Shown one piece after another: positions 27,291-32,000 of a stretch of DNA of 32,000 bases. Location: NCBI RefSeq assembly GCF_003231495.1, contig NZ_PQWO01000002.1, positions 390,001-422,000 on the forward strand. Reading direction: 5' to 3'. How positions within the stretch are numbered: the first letter of the stretch is position 1; the number at the start of each line of letters is the position of its first letter. The notes beneath the pieces are model-generated. The model was not told where the DNA came from and made no database searches. It saw only the letters and a list, made by a program, of their open reading frames with translations. Both the position numbers and the translations under genes were made by a program. The stretch is from Acaryochloris thomasi RCC1774 (GTDB taxonomy: Bacteria; Cyanobacteriota; Cyanobacteriia; Thermosynechococcales; Thermosynechococcaceae).

Positions 27291-27536
27291 CTACTGGCGA
27301 GGCTTAGCCTTGTTAACTCTCAGATCGCGTCCCATCCACTCAGCGCCGTCGAGGGCATCGATGGCGGCGGTCTCTTCCGCCTCAGAACTCATCTCTACAA
27401 AACCAAACCCACGAACCCGGCCTGTTTCACGATCGGTGGGAAGCTTAACGCTTTTGACGGTTCCGTACTCTGCAAAAGCAGTGGTTAGATCTGCGTCTGT
27501 AACGTCATAGGACAGGTTGCCTACATAGATTGACAT
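27291..27536 (-). CDS. RRM-type RNA-binding protein (cyanobacterial Rbp, short form without a Gly-rich tail)
   Basis: RNP2 is IYVGNL and RNP1 is RGFGFVEM. The protein is 81 aa. Confidence 0.95.
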   Translation of the reverse strand: MSIYVGNLSYDVTDADLTTAFAEYGTVKSVKLPTDRETGRVRGFGFVEMSSEAEETAAIDALDGAEWMGRDLRVNKAKPRQ

Positions 27537-27823
27537 TGTTTATCTCCAAAAGTTAGGGGTTGTGGAGAGTGAAAATTCGGAGAGAAGTCTGTCAATCGAA
27601 AAACGTGAAGACCCGTTGATACTAGAAACAAATGCTACACCGATATTTAATTCTCTGCGGTTACTTTAGCACTTTGCTAAAGCTTTGGGCCTGGAAAGGA
27701 GATAAAAGCAATAATCACTCAGGCGACTGTGAACGGTTCAATGTCTTTCTGTGTTGTTGCTACTATATGTATAGAGAACAGGCTTTTGAATAGGCCCGTT
27801 GTCTGTAACTAGGGAGAACCCCT

Positions 27824-28297
27824 ATGGTGACTCAAAATCAAGACGTCAGTATGCAAAGGGCTTATCTCCTTTGCGGTCTGGGCGTATTTGGCCTATGTGG
27901 CCTGCATCGTTTCTATTTGGGTAAGCCCGTCAGCGGTGCCGTTTGGCTTCTCACCTTCGGCCTGTTCGGCATGGGGCAATGGGTTGATTTAGCGTTGATT
28001 CCGTCGATTACAAGTGAGCGACGGCGGACCCTCGGTCCACGGTCTGAAACAGACTACAGTGGGCTGCTGCAAAAGGTATGGCAGCAGGTCAGCCAGAAGA
28101 AAGTCGACCCTATGCAGGCATTGCTGAATGTTGCGATCGCAAACAACAACGAACTCTCCCTCGGCAGGGCTATCTTGGAAACGGGTCTGACCGCTGATGA
28201 AGCTGAAGCACTGTTGCTAGAAGCAGCCCGTCGTGGTCTCGCCCACGTGGGAAACGATCCTGATTCCGGCGCGGTCCGCTACTATTTTGACCTCTAA
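27824..28297 (+). CDS. TM2 domain-containing membrane protein
   Basis: AYLLCGLGVFGLCGLHRFYLGKPVSGAVWLLTFGLFGMGQWVDL shows the TM2 two-helix pattern with the GxHRFYxG turn. Confidence 0.75.
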   Translation: MVTQNQDVSMQRAYLLCGLGVFGLCGLHRFYLGKPVSGAVWLLTFGLFGMGQWVDLALIPSITSERRRTLGPRSETDYSGLLQKVWQQVSQKKVDPMQALLNVAIANNNELSLGRAILETGLTADEAEALLLEAARRGLAHVGNDPDSGAVRYYFDL

Positions 28298-28364
28298 ATA
28301 ATCCATCCTGAGTCAGAGTCGATTGGTGGTACAGTTGCTGCTGATCCCTACCCTAGGCTGACTC

Positions 28365-29195
28365 TTGCGTAAGTGGCGACTCTCTGTGATTAGTGTATGC
28401 CTGCTTGCATTCCTGACCGGCTGCGGCCTGCTGACCGGGGCTTTGAGTCCTCGCATTGATCATCTCGCGTTGGGGAACCCCAGCAATGCGACACCAACAG
28501 GTCTGACGCCCAATAATTATTTGATGACTAAGCCGCAGTTTGCGCTCTCCTATAACCGGAAGCGAGGCATTCCTAACTGGGTGAGTTGGCAACTCGATTC
28601 AGGCTGGTTAGGAGATGTGGAGCGCCAAAATGATTTTCGCCCCGATTCGGCGCTGCCAGAACAGTGGGAACGGGTAACGCCAACGGATTACCGCCGCAGT
28701 GGTTACGATCGCGGTCACTTGGCGCCATCGGGAGATCGCACTAATACTCAGGTCAATAACTCTGCGACGTTTTTAATGACCAATATTATCCCGCAGGCGG
28801 CGGATATCAATCGGGGGCCGTGGGTTGATTTGGAGCAGTATTGTCGCTATCTCGTAGATCGAGGCAAGGAGCTTTACATTGTGGCCGGTGGGTATGGAAA
28901 AAGGGATGCCATTGCAACCGGCAAAATCATCCCCCCCAATCGCGTCTGGAAAGTTGTGGTTGTTCTCGATGCTCCGGGGCAGGGGCCTGAGGGCATCAGC
29001 CCTCAGACCCGAGTGATCGCCGTGGATATGCCCAATCAAAATGGTGACTCTGACGCGCCCTGGACTGCCTTCACCGTCTCTGTTGACAGCTTAGAGCACC
29101 AAACTGGCTATGACTTCCTGCGCAAGGTTCCTAAGTCAGTGCAAGACAGCATCGAAGTTCGAGTTGACCGAGGCAAGCAAAAGATTCGGCGGTAG
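28365..29195 (+). CDS. DNA/RNA non-specific endonuclease (NucA/Serratia nuclease family), predicted lipoprotein
   Basis: The active-site block is YDRGHLAPSGDR, with NIIPQ and N...E downstream. The lipobox LLAFLTGC follows a basic n-region. The start is TTG 28365, and there is no in-frame ATG before the signal peptide. Confidence 0.9.
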   Translation: MRKWRLSVISVCLLAFLTGCGLLTGALSPRIDHLALGNPSNATPTGLTPNNYLMTKPQFALSYNRKRGIPNWVSWQLDSGWLGDVERQNDFRPDSALPEQWERVTPTDYRRSGYDRGHLAPSGDRTNTQVNNSATFLMTNIIPQAADINRGPWVDLEQYCRYLVDRGKELYIVAGGYGKRDAIATGKIIPPNRVWKVVVVLDAPGQGPEGISPQTRVIAVDMPNQNGDSDAPWTAFTVSVDSLEHQTGYDFLRKVPKSVQDSIEVRVDRGKQKIRR

Positions 29196-29319
29196 CGACG
29201 TGAGATATCAGGCTGGTGAATAGAAGTTGCGCCTATCAGAGCAAGGTCTGTTTGCACAGACGAAATACCAAGACTTGCGACAATCTGCATCGACAGATTT
29301 AACGTTGGATTAAACTCCG

Positions 29320-30045
29320 CTACTGATTCGGTACTGAAGAGGGTAAATATCCCGTGAGCCATAGGGCACCATCCTCTAAATAAGCGAGGTAACTGTCTTC
29401 GGTGGGGAACCACACAGAAGGCTTCCAGCTTGCCGGATCGGCCTCCTGCTGGGGGCGAATGATGCGTCTGTTGCTGATCTTCTCCAAGCCCGCTTGAGCT
29501 AGTAAATCTACCCATTGAGTGGCTGAAAGGCTAGTAATCTCAAATCCTAAACCCTCTGGCCACGATGACGTTCCGCTAGAGTCTTGATAATAATCAATGA
29601 CCAAATCAAAGCGCCCACCTGTCTTTAAAACCCTGGCGACTTCTTTAAGAGCCGCCAACGGTTCAGGGCAATAGTAAATGGCCTCCATCGTGGTCACATT
29701 GTCGAAACTCGCCGCAGGCCACGGCAGATGTGCAAAATTGCCAACCTGTAGCTCTGCCTCCGGCGCAGTGTTTTGAGCGGTCTCAACCATTTTGGGAGAG
29801 GCATCAATGCCGCAGGTCCGAGAGAACCCTGAAGCTGCTGCCTGCGCCAAAAACGACCCAGTCCCGCAGCCCAAATCCAAGAGAGCCGACTTGTTCGTTT
29901 CTCCCGCTAGCTCTGCTAACAAAGCCGTCATCAGAGGCTGATGTCCGGTAGCCATCCGCTGAGCACGGTCAGTACTCGCCCACTGATCAAAAAGGCTGCT
30001 GACCTGGGCCGTGGGCAATGATGAAGTTTTTTGACTCGATTCCAT
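29320..30045 (-). CDS. class I SAM-dependent methyltransferase
   Basis: Motif I is LLDLGCGTGSF. The post-I residue is in GIDASPKM. FDNVTTMEAIYY and LKTGGRF follow. Confidence 0.8.
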   Translation of the reverse strand: MESSQKTSSLPTAQVSSLFDQWASTDRAQRMATGHQPLMTALLAELAGETNKSALLDLGCGTGSFLAQAAASGFSRTCGIDASPKMVETAQNTAPEAELQVGNFAHLPWPAASFDNVTTMEAIYYCPEPLAALKEVARVLKTGGRFDLVIDYYQDSSGTSSWPEGLGFEITSLSATQWVDLLAQAGLEKISNRRIIRPQQEADPASWKPSVWFPTEDSYLAYLEDGALWLTGYLPSSVPNQ

Positions 30046-30196
30046 AAGAATTAATGCCGAAGTGTAAGTTGCTGAAGTTGCCTAGCAGAGCACCAGTCTG
30101 AGATACATGACGGATTTGGGGGGACCCTGATACCTTGCATACAGTTCATGCCGATCTATAACTTAACTAGAGAATTAACAGTGCTCAAAGAAAAAC

Positions 30197-30718
30197 ATGA
30201 TTAGTCTGCGAGACTATACCAGCACCGATGTCGAACGGCTGCTAGAGCTAGCCAATAATAAACGAGTGTCACAATATTTGGTTGACACCTTTCCTTATCC
30301 CCGTGCTGACGCAGCCTGGTGGATCAATATCGGCTGTAGAGAGAAAAGCACCATTACGAAAGTAATTGAATATAAGGGCGAGTTTGTGGGCAGCATTGGC
30401 CTGACGTCGCAGACTGGCTGGCGACAGCATCTGGCTGAAATGGGTTACTGGCTTGGTGAAGCTTACTGGGGTCAGGGAATTGCCACGGCGGCGCTGCAAG
30501 AAATGACAGATACTGCATTTACACTCGGCTACCGAAAGCTCTATGCGCCAGTCTTGGCAACCAATACCGCATCAATGCGTGTGTTAGAGAAGTGTTCTTA
30601 TCGGCTGGAAGGCATTCTCAAAAGTGAAGTCTTGAAAAATGATCAATACTTTGACATCCATCACTATGCGAGATGCTGCTCAGGGCTAATAGGCTGCGTT
30701 TCTGAGACTGGTCCTTAG
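30197..30718 (+). CDS. GNAT family N-acetyltransferase (RimJ/RimL-like)
   Basis: The acetyl-CoA binding motif A is GYWLGEAYWGQGIATAAL (Q/RxxGxG/A), and the size is typical at ~170 aa. Confidence 0.85.
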   Translation: MISLRDYTSTDVERLLELANNKRVSQYLVDTFPYPRADAAWWINIGCREKSTITKVIEYKGEFVGSIGLTSQTGWRQHLAEMGYWLGEAYWGQGIATAALQEMTDTAFTLGYRKLYAPVLATNTASMRVLEKCSYRLEGILKSEVLKNDQYFDIHHYARCCSGLIGCVSETGP

Positions 30719-30850
30719 GATGTCTGTCTGAGTAAGATGTAATCGGTGATACGATTCTTGGCGATGACCGTTGGCACGGCTCATCAATTATGTTGGCGGT
30801 CAACCGCGACTTCTCTCAATCCGTACGATGACGTCAAAGATAACGCTCTT

Positions 30851-32000
30851 ATGATTCAGCAACCTGTACAGCGCCTTGCTATTGTTCTTGGAGCCTTGCT
30901 GGTGGGTGCCTGTGCACCAAGTTCGGATGTGTCTGATGGTGGCTCCTCCGGGCGAGGGTTTCCGGTCAAGATGCTGTTGGGGAGTGCGTTGGGTGAATTC
31001 TGTGATCAGGCGGCGACCCAGTTCAATCAGACGCAGCCAAAGTTGAGCAACGGTGAAGCGTTCCATTTAGCTTGTGAAGCTCAGGGAAGCGGTGATGTCG
31101 TTAATACACTTGTGACTCAGGCTGCTCAATTTCAGTCAGGAGCTTTGCCTGCAGAAGCCCCTGAGTTCCCGACGCTGGTATCGGTTGACGGTGAGATTTA
31201 CCACAGTCAGCTTATTTATCAGATAGAGCAGCTTTTCCCAGGGCAAAACTATATCCCTGCGATTACTGACGCGCCACTATTGGCTTCAAGTCCGATGGTG
31301 TTTATGACCTCTGAAGATCTGGCCCCTGGCTTGCAGAAAACGGACGACTTGTTTAAGGCGCTCGTGACGGCGACCACCCATCGAGATTTAGACGCGGCCA
31401 GTTCACCGCAGACCATTAACTATGTCCATACGGCTCCGACGCGCTCGAATTCTGGCCTGCAGACATTGGTGTCTCAGTTTGCCTCCGTTTCAGGAAAGGC
31501 GCCTCAAGATTTATCGGCGGCTGATGTGACGGCGAATCAAGCCCAAATTCAGAAGATTCAGCAGAAGATTACGCGCTATGGGGTTTCTACTAGCTCTTTA
31601 TCTGAGGCGATGGTGCAAAATGGTTTGTTTTGGGCTTCGATTGGCTCAGTCTATGAATCGTCAGTCATTGCGGCCAATAGCAATCAGCAAGCGAATCAGT
31701 CTAAGTACGTTGCGGTTTATCCTAAGGCGACCTTTACTTCGAGCATGCGCGGGATTTTGCCGACGGCTCCCTGGGTCAGTGCGGAAGAGAAAGAAGCAGC
31801 GACGCAGGTACTTGAGTATTTGCAGTCAACTGAGGCTCAAAAGCTGGCGACAAATTTAGGACTGCGGCCTGGAACGCCGGGAGTTCCGCTCGGACCTAAA
31901 TTTACGGCTCAATACGGTGTCAATCCGCAGGCGAAGTATGATTCACTTCGACCCCCGCAGCCGCAGGTGGTGGAGGCGATGCTCAAGGTTTGGGCAACCG
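30851..32000 (+). CDS. lipoprotein with a periplasmic solute-binding-protein-like domain (partial; continues beyond the right edge, possibly the N-terminal part of a substrate-binding + vWA protein)
   Basis: Absent from the ORF track because there is no stop in the window. My translation from ATG 30851 gives MIQQPVQRLAIVLGALLVGAC (lipobox), then PSSDVSDGGSSGRGFPVKMLLGSALGEFCDQAATQFNQ...HTAPTRSNSGLQTLV...GLFWASIGSVYESSV... It stays open to position 32000. The antisense and off-frame track ORFs 30800..31066 and 31578..31859 are shadows of this gene. Confidence 0.6.
   Translation, partial: MIQQPVQRLAIVLGALLVGACAPSSDVSDGGSSGRGFPVKMLLGSALGEFCDQAATQFNQTQPKLSNGEAFHLACEAQGSGDVVNTLVTQAAQFQSGALPAEAPEFPTLVSVDGEIYHSQLIYQIEQLFPGQNYIPAITDAPLLASSPMVFMTSEDLAPGLQKTDDLFKALVTATTHRDLDAASSPQTINYVHTAPTRSNSGLQTLVSQFASVSGKAPQDLSAADVTANQAQIQKIQQKITRYGVSTSSLSEAMVQNGLFWASIGSVYESSVIAANSNQQANQSKYVAVYPKATFTSSMRGILPTAPWVSAEEKEAATQVLEYLQSTEAQKLATNLGLRPGTPGVPLGPKFTAQYGVNPQAKYDSLRPPQPQVVEAMLKVWAT

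Noticed and set aside
26978-27536. rbp-terminator-rpsU arrangement as something unusual
   Set aside because: Linkage of an RRM-type rbp gene with rpsU is a known conserved arrangement in cyanobacteria, and the hairpin between them is consistent with ordinary partial termination.
30800-31859. Track ORFs 30800..31066 (minus) and 31578..31859 (plus)
   Set aside because: Both lie within the long open plus-strand frame that starts at 30851 and runs off the window. That frame encodes a lipobox signal peptide and a coherent periplasmic-binding-like sequence.

Overview
This looks like a cyanobacterial chromosomal segment. By eye I found 19 copies of the HIP1 octamer GCGATCGC. Gene content also fits: ATP synthase beta/epsilon, an rbp-rpsU pair, menF/menC for phylloquinone, and an initiator tRNA-Met. 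I support about 40 genes.

The left ~9.4 kb looks accessory and defence-like. It holds a Uma2 nuclease and a tightly packed minus-strand cluster: a dynamin-like GTPase, then three tandem KGK-domain paralogues (one disrupted), then a minimal HNH nuclease. An RHH-PIN toxin-antitoxin pair with a palindromic operator and an Lhr-like DExH helicase follow. The dynamin-KGK-HNH cluster is my best candidate for an undescribed system, but any defence role is inference only.

The second notable locus is an intergenic array at 9675..10056. It has 2.4 tandem units of 157-160 bp, each ending in a plus-strand intrinsic terminator. Both flanking genes are on the minus strand, so it looks like a tandem small-RNA array.

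The rest is mostly housekeeping or ordinary accessory content:
- cytochrome P450, menF/menC, a pentapeptide-repeat protein
- two GTPase + DUF697-type membrane proteins
- a 5'-truncated pirin remnant that is missing from the ORF track
- tRNA-fMet, an orphan DNA methyltransferase, atpB-atpE, an Sfp-type PPTase
- a degenerate GGDEF protein that keeps an RxxD I-site
- a CDP-alcohol phosphatidyltransferase, rpsU, an RRM protein, a TM2 protein
- a NucA-type lipoprotein nuclease, a methyltransferase, a GNAT
- a partial lipoprotein gene that runs off the right edge

I saw no CRISPR array, transposase, integrase or rRNA. All family assignments come from motifs I read in the translations. No database search was run.
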